Shown here piece after piece: positions 37,425 through 48,572 of a stretch of DNA of 64,000 nucleotides. A program made the position numbers and the translations under genes. The notes under the pieces are model-generated. The model had not been told where the DNA came from, did no database searches, and was given only the letters and a program-made list of their open reading frames with translations. How positions within the stretch are numbered: the first letter of the stretch is position 1; the number at the start of each line of letters is the position of its first letter. Origin of the DNA: an uncultured Acidobacteriota bacterium. GTDB taxonomy: Bacteria > Acidobacteriota > Vicinamibacteria > Fen-336. The stretch is taken from positions 1,888,001 through 1,952,000 of the forward strand of contig OY970399.1 in the NCBI GenBank assembly GCA_963720545.1. Reading direction: 5' to 3'.

Positions 37425-38525
37425 ATGACGACGGTTGCCGAACCGTACCTGTTCACCGGCTTTCCCGGCTTCATCGGCGCGCGCCTCTTGCCCCGCCTCA
37501 TGCAGCTGGCACCCGAACGCTCGTTCGTGTGCCTGGTGCAGGACAAGTTCCGGGCCGCAGCGAGCGCGGCGATCGAGACCATGGCGGCGCGGCATCCGCA
37601 CACCGCCGGCCGCGTCACCACGGTCGTCGGCGACATCACCCGTCCGCGGCTCGGCCTCACGGCGGCCGAGGCGCAGGCGCTCCAGTCCACACTGCGCGGC
37701 GCCTATCATCTCGCGGCCGTCTACGACCTCACGGTAAGCCGGGAACTGGCGCACGCGATCAACGTCGTGGGCACGAAGCACCTGCTCGAGCTGCTTGCAG
37801 GCGCGACGCACCTGCGGGCGCTGCACCATGTTTCCACCGCCTACGTGTCCGGCACCGCACAAGGCGTGTTTCGCGAGAGCGACCAGGACGTGGGCCAGGC
37901 GTGGAACAACCACTATGAGGAGACGAAGTTCCTCTCCGAGGTCGAAGTTGCGAAGTCGGGTGTGCCGAGCGTCGTCTATCGACCCGGGATCGTGGTCGGC
38001 GACTCGCGCAGCGGCGAAACCGCGAAGTTCGACGGACCCTATTTCGTGATGGCCGCGATGATGCGGCTGCCGTCGCCGGGACTCTTCCCGCGCATCGGCT
38101 TCGCGCGCCATTCGGTCAACGTGGTGCCCGTGGACTTCGTGGTCGAGGCGCTGTCGCGACTCTCGACCACGGCGGAAACGGCCAGCGTCGGCCGCACCTA
38201 TCACCTCACCGATCCTTACCCGCTCGACGTCGCCGAGATGGTGCGCGTTTTCGCGCGGGCGCTGGGCCGCAGGTTCGTGCAGGTGCCGGTGCCGTTGCTC
38301 GTCATGAAGGCGGCGTTTGCACCACCGCCGGTGCAGCGCCTTTTCGGCCTGCCAAAGCAGGCGCTCGACTACTTCGTCCATCCGTGCCGCTACGACGCCG
38401 CCGAAGCCACCCGCGCGCTCGCCGCATTCGGAGTGTCCTGTCCGGCGCTGCCCCAATACGCGCTGGCCCTTGCGGGCTTCTTCAAGCAGCGGCGCGGCGA
38501 GCTCACCAGCAAGGCGATGATCTAG
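37425..38525 (+). CDS. Extended SDR / NAD-binding-4 (male-sterility-like) oxidoreductase
   Basis: TGFPGFIG, GDIT, HLAAVYD, VSTAYVSG, YEETK and RPGIVVGDS motifs. Confidence 0.88.
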   Translation: MTTVAEPYLFTGFPGFIGARLLPRLMQLAPERSFVCLVQDKFRAAASAAIETMAARHPHTAGRVTTVVGDITRPRLGLTAAEAQALQSTLRGAYHLAAVYDLTVSRELAHAINVVGTKHLLELLAGATHLRALHHVSTAYVSGTAQGVFRESDQDVGQAWNNHYEETKFLSEVEVAKSGVPSVVYRPGIVVGDSRSGETAKFDGPYFVMAAMMRLPSPGLFPRIGFARHSVNVVPVDFVVEALSRLSTTAETASVGRTYHLTDPYPLDVAEMVRVFARALGRRFVQVPVPLLVMKAAFAPPPVQRLFGLPKQALDYFVHPCRYDAAEATRALAAFGVSCPALPQYALALAGFFKQRRGELTSKAMI

Positions 38526-40366
38526 CGGCTGGTCTTCACCTCGGTCCAGAGGCGGTCGTAGAGCACGGTCGCCTCGCCGATGTCCTCGATGAGCTCGGCG
38601 CGTGACAGCACGTCGGGCGGCGGGAAGATCGCCGGGTTGTTGCGGATCGAGGCGGGCAGGAGCGCCAGCGCCGCGCGGTTCGGCGTCGAGTACTTCATCG
38701 TCATGCAGATCTCGGCGGCGGTCTCGGCTTCGAGGGTGAAGTCGATGAAGGCGTGCGCCAGCTCCTGGTGCTTCGAGGATGCCGGGATCGCGAGGCTGTC
38801 GAGGAACAGGCTCGAGCCTTCCTTCGGCACCATGTAGGCGAGGCGCGGATCCTCGTCGATGACCTTCGCGAACTGGCCGCTCCAGCCCTGCGCAATCCAC
38901 ACGTCGCGCGCCTGCAGCACGGCGTCGAAGTTCGACGACGAATAGGCCCGCACCAGCGGCTTTTGCTCGATGAGCATCTGCTTCGCCTGCTCGAGCAGCG
39001 CCGGATCCCTCGTGTTGTACCCGTGGCCCATGCGCCGCAGCGCGGCGCCGAGCGTCTCGCGCGGGTCGTCGAGCATCAGGATCCTGCCCGCCCACTTGCG
39101 GTCCCAGAGCGCCGCCCAGCTGTCGATGTCGCCCACCCGCGTGCGGTCGTAGGCGACGCCGCCCGTGCCCCACACGTACGGGATCGAAAGCCGGTTGCCG
39201 CGGTCGTGCGGCCGGTCGAGGAAGCCTGGGTCGATGTTGCCGAGGTGCGGCAGCAGGCGGTGGTCGAGGGCTGCAAGCAGGTGCTGCCGCGCCAGGATCT
39301 CGACCGCGTAGTTGGTCGGGCAGATGATGTCGTAGTCGACGCTCGCCGACTGCATCTTCGCGAGCAGCGCCTCGTTCGAGTCGTAGAGGTCGACGTTGAC
39401 GCGCACGTTGTGCCGCGCCTCGAACTTCTTGATGGTGTCGGGCGAGATGTAGTTCGACCAGATGTAGAGGTTCAGCACCCGGTCGCCCGCGGCGGCGTGG
39501 CCGCCGAGCACGAACGGCGCCGCCAGGAGCGCGATGCCAAGCAGCGCCGGGAGCGACGCGCGGGCGATGCTGACGCCGCGCTCGAGGCGGTACGAGCCGT
39601 ACAGGATCAGGCTGGTGGCGACCAGCAGCAGCGTCGAGATGGCGTTGATCTCTGGCGACACGCCGCTTCGGACCATCGAGTAGATCTGCACCGGCAGCGT
39701 CGTCGAGCCGACCCCGGCGACGAAGGACGTCACCAGGTAGTCGTCGATCGAGAGGGAGAAGACCAGCAGCGCCGCGGCGACGATGCCGGGCGCGATGAGC
39801 GGCAGGGTGACACGCGCCATGGTGCGCCACGGGCCGGCGCCGAGGTCCATCGCCGCTTCCTCCAGGCTGCGGTCGAAGCCCGCGAGCCGTGCGCGCACCA
39901 CGATCACCACGTACGACACGGTGAAGCTCACGTGCGAGAGGATCACCGCCAGGCTGCCCAGCGCCAGGCCGACCGAGGCGAACAGCAGCAGCAGCGACGA
40001 GGCGAGCACGATCTCGGGCACCACCATCGGCACGGTGATGAGGCCGCTGAGCGCTGCCTCCGAGCGGAACTTGTAGCGGTGGAACGCGAGCGCCGCGGCC
40101 GTGCCGATGATGGTGGCGAGCACGGTGGCGGCGATCGCGAAGATCAGGCTGTTCTTGAGCGCGCCGAGAATCTGCGCGTTGCTGAGCGCCTGCGAATACC
40201 ACGCGAGCGTCACGCCGGTGAACTTCGCCGCGGTGCGCGACTTGTTGAACGAAAACAGGATGAGGATGGCGATGGGCGCGTACAGGAACAGGTAGGTGCC
40301 GAGGCTGATGGCGTGCAGCGCCAGCGCGCGGCCGGCGGCGCGCGGCTTGGCGGCGCGGCCCGGCAA
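38522..40366 (-). CDS. Spermidine/putrescine ABC transporter PotC permease fused to PotD substrate-binding domain
   Basis: Permease half (FLYAPI, LEEAAMDLGA, SIDDY, TTLPVQIY, PEINAIST) runs in frame into the SBP half (LNLYIWSNYI, YDSNE, PYVWG, PKEG, LWTEVK). Confidence 0.88.
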   Translation of the reverse strand: MPGRAAKPRAAGRALALHAISLGTYLFLYAPIAILILFSFNKSRTAAKFTGVTLAWYSQALSNAQILGALKNSLIFAIAATVLATIIGTAAALAFHRYKFRSEAALSGLITVPMVVPEIVLASSLLLLFASVGLALGSLAVILSHVSFTVSYVVIVVRARLAGFDRSLEEAAMDLGAGPWRTMARVTLPLIAPGIVAAALLVFSLSIDDYLVTSFVAGVGSTTLPVQIYSMVRSGVSPEINAISTLLLVATSLILYGSYRLERGVSIARASLPALLGIALLAAPFVLGGHAAAGDRVLNLYIWSNYISPDTIKKFEARHNVRVNVDLYDSNEALLAKMQSASVDYDIICPTNYAVEILARQHLLAALDHRLLPHLGNIDPGFLDRPHDRGNRLSIPYVWGTGGVAYDRTRVGDIDSWAALWDRKWAGRILMLDDPRETLGAALRRMGHGYNTRDPALLEQAKQMLIEQKPLVRAYSSSNFDAVLQARDVWIAQGWSGQFAKVIDEDPRLAYMVPKEGSSLFLDSLAIPASSKHQELAHAFIDFTLEAETAAEICMTMKYSTPNRAALALLPASIRNNPAIFPPPDVLSRAELIEDIGEATVLYDRLWTEVKTSR

Positions 40367-41206
40367 CTACAGTTCCTGCGACGCGCGCAGCGGCCGGCGG
40401 AACACGACCAGCAGCGCGAGCACCAGCAGCGACAGCAGGAACGAGAGCGCGGCGCCGAAAGGAATGTCGCGCGCCACCGCGAACTGGCTCTGGATGACGG
40501 TGCCGACGTACACGGTGCGCGCGCCGCCGAGCAGGTCGGGTGCTATGAAGCTGCCGAGCGAGGGGATGAAGACGAGGATGCAGCCGGCGACGATGCCGGC
40601 TCGCGACAGCGGCAGCGTCACGCGCCACAGGCGCCGCCACGGCGAGGCGCCGAGATCGGAGGCGGCCTCGAGCAGGCGCGGGTCGAGCTTCGAGAGCGTC
40701 GCGTAGAGCGGCAGGATCATGAACGGCAGCTCGCCGTACACCTGGCCCAGCAGCACGGCGCCGTCGGTGAACAGCATGTTGAAGGGGCCGAGCGCGACCA
40801 GCGCCGCCGCCTGGTTGAGCAGGCCCTCGGTGCGCAGGATGAACATCCACGCGTACATGCGCACCAGGAAGCTGGTCCAGAACGGCAGGATCACGAGCAC
40901 CACCAGCGCGGCGCGCCAGCGCTCGGGAGCATGGCGCGCAAGCCAGTAGCTGACCGGGTAGGCGAGCAGCAGGCACGCGACCGTCGTGAGCAACGCCAGC
41001 AGCAAGCTGCGCGCGAAGATCGCGAGGTAGAGGGAGTCGAGGGCGCGGCGATAGTTCGCGAGCGTCCAGGCGTAGACGACGCCACCGTAGGCCGAGCGCC
41101 GGCCGAGAGAGGCAAGGAACATCCACGCCTGCGGCAACGCGAAGAGGGCGAGCAGGGCCAGCAGGCACGGCGCGATGAGCAGCCACGCCTGGCGGCGCGG
41201 ATTCAC
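40367..41206 (-). CDS. potB: Spermidine/putrescine ABC transporter permease PotB
   Basis: LPFWTSFLVRMYAW, LPFMILPLY, LLEAASDLGA and FIAPDLLGG motifs. Confidence 0.9.
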   Translation of the reverse strand: MNPRRQAWLLIAPCLLALLALFALPQAWMFLASLGRRSAYGGVVYAWTLANYRRALDSLYLAIFARSLLLALLTTVACLLLAYPVSYWLARHAPERWRAALVVLVILPFWTSFLVRMYAWMFILRTEGLLNQAAALVALGPFNMLFTDGAVLLGQVYGELPFMILPLYATLSKLDPRLLEAASDLGASPWRRLWRVTLPLSRAGIVAGCILVFIPSLGSFIAPDLLGGARTVYVGTVIQSQFAVARDIPFGAALSFLLSLLVLALLVVFRRPLRASQEL

Positions 41207-42294
41207 TCGAGCCTCAGCAGCGCGCGGGCCGGGAACGAGATGCTGATGTTCTCACCGCGCTTTTTTGGCACGCCGCCGGCCGTCTCGGCCACCGTCAGGA
41301 TGGCGCCGCCCACGTCCACCCGCCAGTCGGTGCGGTCGCCGAGGTAGATCTCGTCGTCGAGGCGGCCAGACAGGACGTTGTCGCCCGTGGAGCCGAACAC
41401 GATGCGCTCCGGACGCACACCGACGCTGAGCGTGGCGCTCGGCTGGTAGCCACCGTCATCCTGCGCGACGAGCGTCAGGCCGCCGGTCGTGCGCAGAAGC
41501 GCCTTGCCGTCCGTGACCGACTCGACCCGCACCTCCAGCAGGTTGCGCACCGCCAGGAACTCGGCGACGAAGCGCGTGCGCGGCCGCTCGTAGAGCTCCT
41601 CGGCGCCGCAGATCTGCTCGATGCGGCCGTGGTTCATCACCGCGATGCGGTCGCTCATGATGAGCGCCTCGTCCTGGTCGTGGGTGACGAAGATGAAGGT
41701 GGTCTGCAGGCGCTCCTGCAGGTTCTTCACTTCCACCTGCATCTCCTTGCGCAGCTTCAGGTCGAGGGCGCCCATCGGCTCGTCGAGCAGCAGCACGTCC
41801 GGTTCGAGCACGATCGCCCGCGCCAGCGCGACGCGCTGCTTCTGCCCGCCGGAAAGCTGGTCGATGCGGCGATGCGCGAGGTCTTGCAGGCGCACCAGGT
41901 CGAGCGCTTTCGCCACCTGCGCCTCGCGGCTGGCGCGCGGCACGTCCTTCATCTCCAGGCCGAACGCCACGTTGCGCGCGACGCTCAGGTGCGGGAACAG
42001 CGCGTACTGCTGGAACACGGTGTTGACCGGGCGGCGGTAAGGCGGCTGCCCGGCAACGTCGTTGCCCGAGATGAGGATGGCGCCGCTGTCCGCGGTCTCG
42101 AAGCCGGCGATGAGGCGCAGCAGCGTCGTCTTGCCGCAGCCCGAGGGGCCGAGGAGCGTCAGGAACTCGCCGGCCGCGACCTCGAGCGAAACGTCGTCGA
42201 CCGCGACCACGTCGCCGTACGACTTGCGCACCGAGCGCAGCGACACCGCCCCGCCGACATCGCGCTTCGGTAATTCGCCGGCCGCGGTTCCCAA
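41203..42294 (-). CDS. potA: Spermidine/putrescine ABC transporter ATP-binding protein PotA
   Basis: GPSGCGKTT, RRPVNTVFQQYALFPHL, LSGGQKQRVALARA and VTHDQDEA motifs, plus a TOBE tail. Start uncertain (42294 TTG or 42246 GTG). Confidence 0.9.
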   Translation of the reverse strand: MGTAAGELPKRDVGGAVSLRSVRKSYGDVVAVDDVSLEVAAGEFLTLLGPSGCGKTTLLRLIAGFETADSGAILISGNDVAGQPPYRRPVNTVFQQYALFPHLSVARNVAFGLEMKDVPRASREAQVAKALDLVRLQDLAHRRIDQLSGGQKQRVALARAIVLEPDVLLLDEPMGALDLKLRKEMQVEVKNLQERLQTTFIFVTHDQDEALIMSDRIAVMNHGRIEQICGAEELYERPRTRFVAEFLAVRNLLEVRVESVTDGKALLRTTGGLTLVAQDDGGYQPSATLSVGVRPERIVFGSTGDNVLSGRLDDEIYLGDRTDWRVDVGGAILTVAETAGGVPKKRGENISISFPARALLRLE

Positions 42295-42317
42295 ATGCTG
42301 GGCTTGGGAAGTTCTCT

Positions 42318-42671
<354 letters not shown>

Positions 42672-42780
42672 CTTCGTCGCGGACATCATAGCGCCGCCGC
42701 GACCGTGCAGGAACGCCCCAGTGGGGCGGTCCTGCACCGCTTCGCGGCCGCTGCGCCGATGCAAATGAAGCACTTAGCCG

Positions 42781-42796
42781 CGGCACGCTTCTTGGA
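42781..42796 (+). promoter_or_regulatory. Possible sigma54 (-24/-12) promoter of the ComEA-like gene
   Basis: CGGCACG-CTTC-TTGG has correct GG-N10 spacing, but the -12 element is GG instead of GC. An adjacent gene encodes a sigma54 activator. Confidence 0.35.
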
Positions 42797-42827
42797 GTTA
42801 ATGGCGGCGACCAAGGAGGTCCTTGTC

Positions 42828-43162
42828 ATGAAGCTCAATTCCATCGTTTCGGGCCTTGCCGCCCTCTCCCTCGCAGCGGCCGTTGCCGCCCCGGCGCTCG
42901 CCAAGGATGCCGCCAAGCCGGCTCCCGCGACGGCGATGAAGCACAGCGCGCCCGCGAGCACCGCGGCGCCGAAGAAGACGCTCGTGGACATCAACACCGC
43001 GACCGAAGCCGACCTTGCCGCGCTGCCCGCGATCGGCGATGCGTATGCCGCCAAGATCGTCGCCGGCCGTCCGTACAAGGAGAAGAGCGATCTCCTCCAC
43101 AAGAAGATCGTGCCCGCCTCGGTCTACTCGAAGATCAAGAACGAGATCGTCGCGAAGCACAG

Positions 43163-43166
<4 letters not shown>
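42828..43166 (+). CDS. Secreted helix-hairpin-helix (ComEA-like) DNA-binding protein
   Basis: Signal peptide and LVDINTAT..DL.ALPAIG..YAAKIVAGRPY. SD AAGGAGG. Confidence 0.85.
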
Positions 43167-44522
<1,356 letters not shown>

Positions 44523-44530
<8 letters not shown>

Positions 44531-45845
44531 GCGGCAGGGTCACGATGAACGTGGTGCCCTCCCCCGGCGCGCTGCGCGCCTCGACCTTGCCGCCGTGCGA
44601 ACGCACCACGTCCTGCACGATCGCGAGGCCGAGGCCGGTGCCCTTGCCGCGCGGCTTGGTGGTGAACAGCGGGTCGAACACGCGCGAGACGTCGCGCGGC
44701 TCGATGCCGATGCCGCTGTCGGCGATCTCGAAGCGCAGGTTGCCGTCGCCGTCCGAGACATGCACCTTGAGCGTACCGCCGTCGGGCATCGCGTCGATCG
44801 CGTTCGAGATCAGGTTGAGGAACGCCTGTTCGAGGCCGGCGCGCTCGCCGGCGATCATCGGCAGGTGCTCGGAGGCGAGCACCTCGGCGCGCACCTTGCG
44901 CGATTCGAGGGTGGGCCGCGCCAGCTCGAAGATGTCGTGCACCAGGCCGCGCGGGTCGAGCGGCGCAAGCTTCGGCTCGGGCAGGCGGGCGCGATCGAGC
45001 AGGCCCTGGACGATCGTCGTGACCCGCCCGATCTGCTCCTGGACGATGCGCAGCCGCGCGGTCGCGGGCGCCGCGGCGTCGCTGGCGCCGCCGCCGCTCC
45101 CGTCGGCGATCATCAGCTGCACGTGGCCGGAAATGAGGTTCAGTGGCGTGCCGATCTGGTGCGCCACCGACGCCGCCATGCGCCCTGCCACCGCCAGCTC
45201 TTCCATAGCGGCGAGTTCGCGGCGCGCGCCGAACAGCCGCTGGTTCGCTTCGACGAGCCGCGCCTCGTAGCGGCGCGCCAGGCCGCCGAGCAGCAGCAGC
45301 AGCGACAGCACCGTAGCGGCGCCGAAACCGACGGCCAGCTCGCGCGTCTGCTTGCGCAGGCGCGTGATCGATTCCGTCGACACCGAGACGATGATGGCGC
45401 GGCGCACGTGGCGCGCTGCGCCGAGCGGTGCCGCGACATAGTGCATGGCGCCGCCGCCGCTCGTGTGCAGGGCGCCGTCGTGCAGCGCCAGGCGGCCGCT
45501 GCGCAGCGCCTCCTTGGGCAGCGCGTCGTCGGTGGTCACCAGGATCTGCGCATCCGCGCCGCGCCGCTCCACGATCGTCAGGTCCTGCAGGCTCGGCTCG
45601 GCACGCGCGAAGCGCAGCAGCAGGTCGTCGAGCCCCTGCGAGTCGGGCAGGGCGCCGCTTTCCTCGATCTCGGCGCCAACCCCGAGCGCGGTGGCGCCGG
45701 CCGCCTCGAGGATCTCGGCCGAGACGCGGCTCTCGACGAGCCGCTCCTGGAGGAAGGCGCCGGCGCCGACGATGAACGCGGTGGCCGCTACCGCGAGCCA
45801 CATCACCCTCGACCGCAGGGACATCGAGCGAATGGCGCCCAACAT
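44523..45845 (-). CDS. Membrane sensor histidine kinase
   Basis: Two TM helices, H-box AHQIGTPLN, N-box NLISNAIDA, DSGIGI, FDPLFTTK and GTGLGL. Confidence 0.92.
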
Positions 45846-45907
45846 GTGCTTCAGGCAGCCACGTTACACCGCGCCTCGAGCGCGTCATGGGGCCCGAGGC
45901 CGCGATG

Positions 45908-47188
45908 TTATTTTTTGACGACGGCGCCGCCCTTCATCACGAAAGTGACGCGCTCCAGCTCGCCGACGTCGGCCAGCGGGTCGCCGGCGACCGCAATGAG
46001 GTCGGCGAAGCGGCCCGCGGCGATGCTGCCGACCGAATCGGCGCGGCCCAGCAGGTCGGCGGCGCTGCCGGTGGCGGCCGTGATCGCCTGCATCGGCGTC
46101 ATCCCCCACTTCACCATGTGTGCGAACTGCTTCGCGTTCCAGCCGTGCGGGTAGACGCCGGCATCGGTGCCGTAGGCGACCTTGACACCGGCCTTCACCG
46201 CCTTCTGGAAGCTCTCGCGCTGCGTGCGGCCGACCTTGCGCTCCTTGGCGATGATCTTCTCCGGGTAGCCGCGCTTCGCAAACTCGGCCAGGATGTAGTC
46301 GTCGTTGTAGATGTCGGCGACCAGGTACGTCCCCCTGGCCTTCATCATCTGGATCGCCTCGTCGTCGAGGAAGCTGCCGTGCTCGATCGAGTCGACGCCG
46401 GCGGTGATGGCGCGCTTGATGCCGGCCGTGCCGTGGGCGTGCGCCGCGACCTTGCGTTCCCACATGTGCGCCTCGTCGATGATCGCGCGCATCTCCTCGA
46501 GCGAATACTGCGGCTCGCCGACCGAGTCCTCCTCGGAAAGAACCCCGGCGGTGGCCAGGAACTTGATGACCTCGGCGCCGTACTTCACGTTCTGCCGCAC
46601 CAGCTTGCGGACTGCGTCGACGCCGTCGGCGATGTTCGAGAAGCCGCCCAGCTTGAGGTAGGGCGAGAAGCCGTTGAGGTCGCCGTGGCCGCCCGTGGCG
46701 CTGATCGCGAGGCCGGCCGGGATCATGCGTGGCCCCGGGACGTCGCCGCGGTCGATCGCATGCTTGAGGGCGATGTCGAGGTACTCGGGTGCGCCGACGT
46801 CGCGGATGGTGGTGAAGCCGGCTTCGAGCGTGCGCTGCGCGTAGACGTGAGCGACCACCGCGTTGTCGATGACGCTGCGGCGAAACATGTCCTCGTAGTA
46901 GTTGCCGCCCGGCTGGCCGGTGACGTGCGTATGGCAGTCGATCAGTCCGGGCAGCACCGTGGCCGTGCCAAGGTCGATCACCTCGGCGCCTTGCGGGATC
47001 GCCACGGTGGCGCCCGGTCCGGCGGCGGTGATGCGGTCGTTCTCGATGACGATGACCGCGTTCTGCACCACGGCGCCCCTGCCGTCGATCATGCGCGCGG
47101 CCTTCACCGCCTTCGTCTGCGCCGCGGCCAGCTGGCCGCAGGCAAGGAGGGCGGCGGCAGCGGCCGCGATTCGGCAAGCGGTTCTCAT
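45908..47188 (-). CDS. Secreted metal-dependent amidohydrolase (Xaa-Pro dipeptidase-like)
   Basis: PGLIDCHTH, GFTTIRD, AAHAHG, SIEHG and GTDAG motifs, with a signal peptide. Confidence 0.9.
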   Translation of the reverse strand: MRTACRIAAAAAALLACGQLAAAQTKAVKAARMIDGRGAVVQNAVIVIENDRITAAGPGATVAIPQGAEVIDLGTATVLPGLIDCHTHVTGQPGGNYYEDMFRRSVIDNAVVAHVYAQRTLEAGFTTIRDVGAPEYLDIALKHAIDRGDVPGPRMIPAGLAISATGGHGDLNGFSPYLKLGGFSNIADGVDAVRKLVRQNVKYGAEVIKFLATAGVLSEEDSVGEPQYSLEEMRAIIDEAHMWERKVAAHAHGTAGIKRAITAGVDSIEHGSFLDDEAIQMMKARGTYLVADIYNDDYILAEFAKRGYPEKIIAKERKVGRTQRESFQKAVKAGVKVAYGTDAGVYPHGWNAKQFAHMVKWGMTPMQAITAATGSAADLLGRADSVGSIAAGRFADLIAVAGDPLADVGELERVTFVMKGGAVVKK

Positions 47189-47213
47189 GTGGGCTCCGTT
47201 TATGGGTGACTTG

Positions 47214-47741
47214 TCAGTGCAGTTCGGGGGCGGCGCTTTCCGCCGGCGCCGCAAGATAGTTCACGATGGTGAAGGCAAAGGCGTGGCGCTCGTCGGCGCC
47301 GTGCTCATCCCACGAGACGGCGGTCCAGCGCGACATGTCGATGCGCGGGAAGAAAGTGTCCGCGTCCGCGGCAACGGTGTCGACGTGGGTCAGGCGCAGC
47401 CGCGTCGCAAACGGCAGCGCTGCGGCATAGATCTCGCCACCGCCGATGACGCACAGCTCGTTCGCGGGCCCCGCGCTCGCAATCGCGAGCGCCTCTTCGA
47501 CCGACGCGACGGCTGCCATCCCCGGCCACGGCGCCGCCTCGGCATGCGTCAGCACCAGGTTGAGGCGGCCGGGCAGTGCGTGGCCGAGGGAATGCGCGGT
47601 CTTCCTCCCCATGAGCATGGGCTTGCCCATGGTAACGGCCTTGAATCCCTTCAGGTCGTCGGGCAGGTGCCACGGGAGCATCCCGTGTTTGCCGATGGCG
47701 CCGTGCCTGTCGAGCGCGGCAAGAAGCACGATCTCGGTCAT
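47214..47741 (-). CDS. folA: Dihydrofolate reductase
   Basis: IGKHGMLPWHLPDDL, MGRKT, LPGRLNLVLT, IGGGEIY and DTFFP motifs. Confidence 0.95.
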   Translation of the reverse strand: MTEIVLLAALDRHGAIGKHGMLPWHLPDDLKGFKAVTMGKPMLMGRKTAHSLGHALPGRLNLVLTHAEAAPWPGMAAVASVEEALAIASAGPANELCVIGGGEIYAAALPFATRLRLTHVDTVAADADTFFPRIDMSRWTAVSWDEHGADERHAFAFTIVNYLAAPAESAAPELH

Positions 47742-47915
47742 GAGCGTGCCATAGCATGCCCCGTTTTAGCTGCGCGCGAAAGCGGTCACCGCGGCGATCG
47801 CCAGGCACGAGGCGAACGCACACCATCCGGCCAGCGGGGTCGCGCCCGCTCACGAGGATCTTCACGCGAGCTCCAGACGTATGCAGGATAGCTTTTCGTG
47901 GAACACTTGTGAGCG

Positions 47916-48371
47916 ATGCGCGGCAGCGGTCGGCACCTCGTCCTCTACGACGGCGACTGCGGCCTGTGCAGCGGGATGGTGCGCTTCGTGCTGGCTCACG
48001 ACCGATCGCAGGCGTTCGTCTTTGCATCGCTTCAAGGCGATGCCGCCCGGCACGCGCTCGGCCAGGCCGCCGATGCGGGCGACACGATCCGCGTCATACC
48101 CGATTACGCCCGTAACGAAGGCGGCGAACGGGTGGTGCTCGACCGCTCGCGCGCCGCGCTGTTCATAGCGGGCAAACTTCCATGGCCCTGGTCGTGGCTG
48201 CGCGTGGCCGTAATCCTGCCGACCGCACTCCTCAACCGCGCCTACGACTTCATCGCCCGCCATCGGCGCCGCTTCTTCGGCCGCGGCTGGGAAAGCGACG
48301 CCGCATGCGCCCTACCCCGCCCCGAATACCGCGACCGCTTCCTCGACGGCGGCCCGTACTCGAAGTCCTGA
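47916..48371 (+). CDS. DCC1-like (DUF393) thiol-disulfide oxidoreductase
   Basis: LYDGDCGLC, FASLQ and YDFIARHRRRFFG motifs. Confidence 0.88.
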   Translation: MRGSGRHLVLYDGDCGLCSGMVRFVLAHDRSQAFVFASLQGDAARHALGQAADAGDTIRVIPDYARNEGGERVVLDRSRAALFIAGKLPWPWSWLRVAVILPTALLNRAYDFIARHRRRFFGRGWESDAACALPRPEYRDRFLDGGPYSKS

Positions 48372-48373
48372 GG

Positions 48374-48523
48374 GCTCCTTGGGCTTGCGCTGAGAGCGAA
48401 GCCCTGAGGAGCGTAGCGACGAAGGGAAGGACCCGCCGTTGCCGATCGTTCCTTTCACTCGTCTAGCAGTCAACGTACTGCTAGACGGCCAAACGGCTCC
48501 CGCCACTGTGTCCGGACACAGTG
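48374..48523. repeat. Multi-hairpin intergenic element including palindrome copy 2 (CACTGTGTCCGGACACAGTG)
   Basis: Stems at 48374-48412, at 48460-48470/48477-48487 (11 bp perfect), and a 20-bp perfect palindrome at 48504-48523, between convergent genes. Confidence 0.6.
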
Positions 48524-48572
48524 AGCCCTGGGTCACGGCACAAGCGTTGGTGGTCCTCGGGAAAATCCCTGC

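Noticed and set aside
37167..41186. 1339-aa minus-strand ORF and other long antisense/alternate-frame ORFs (e.g. 1572-4157, 16474-18726, 27233-29368, 38753-41347, 52426-54933)
   Set aside because: These are stop-poor shadow frames expected at this GC content. They have no motifs and fully overlap well-supported genes.
48500..48512. CCCGCCACTGT resembling the cobalamin riboswitch core
   Set aside because: The other conserved elements and the B12 box are missing, and the site lies between convergent genes as part of a palindrome.
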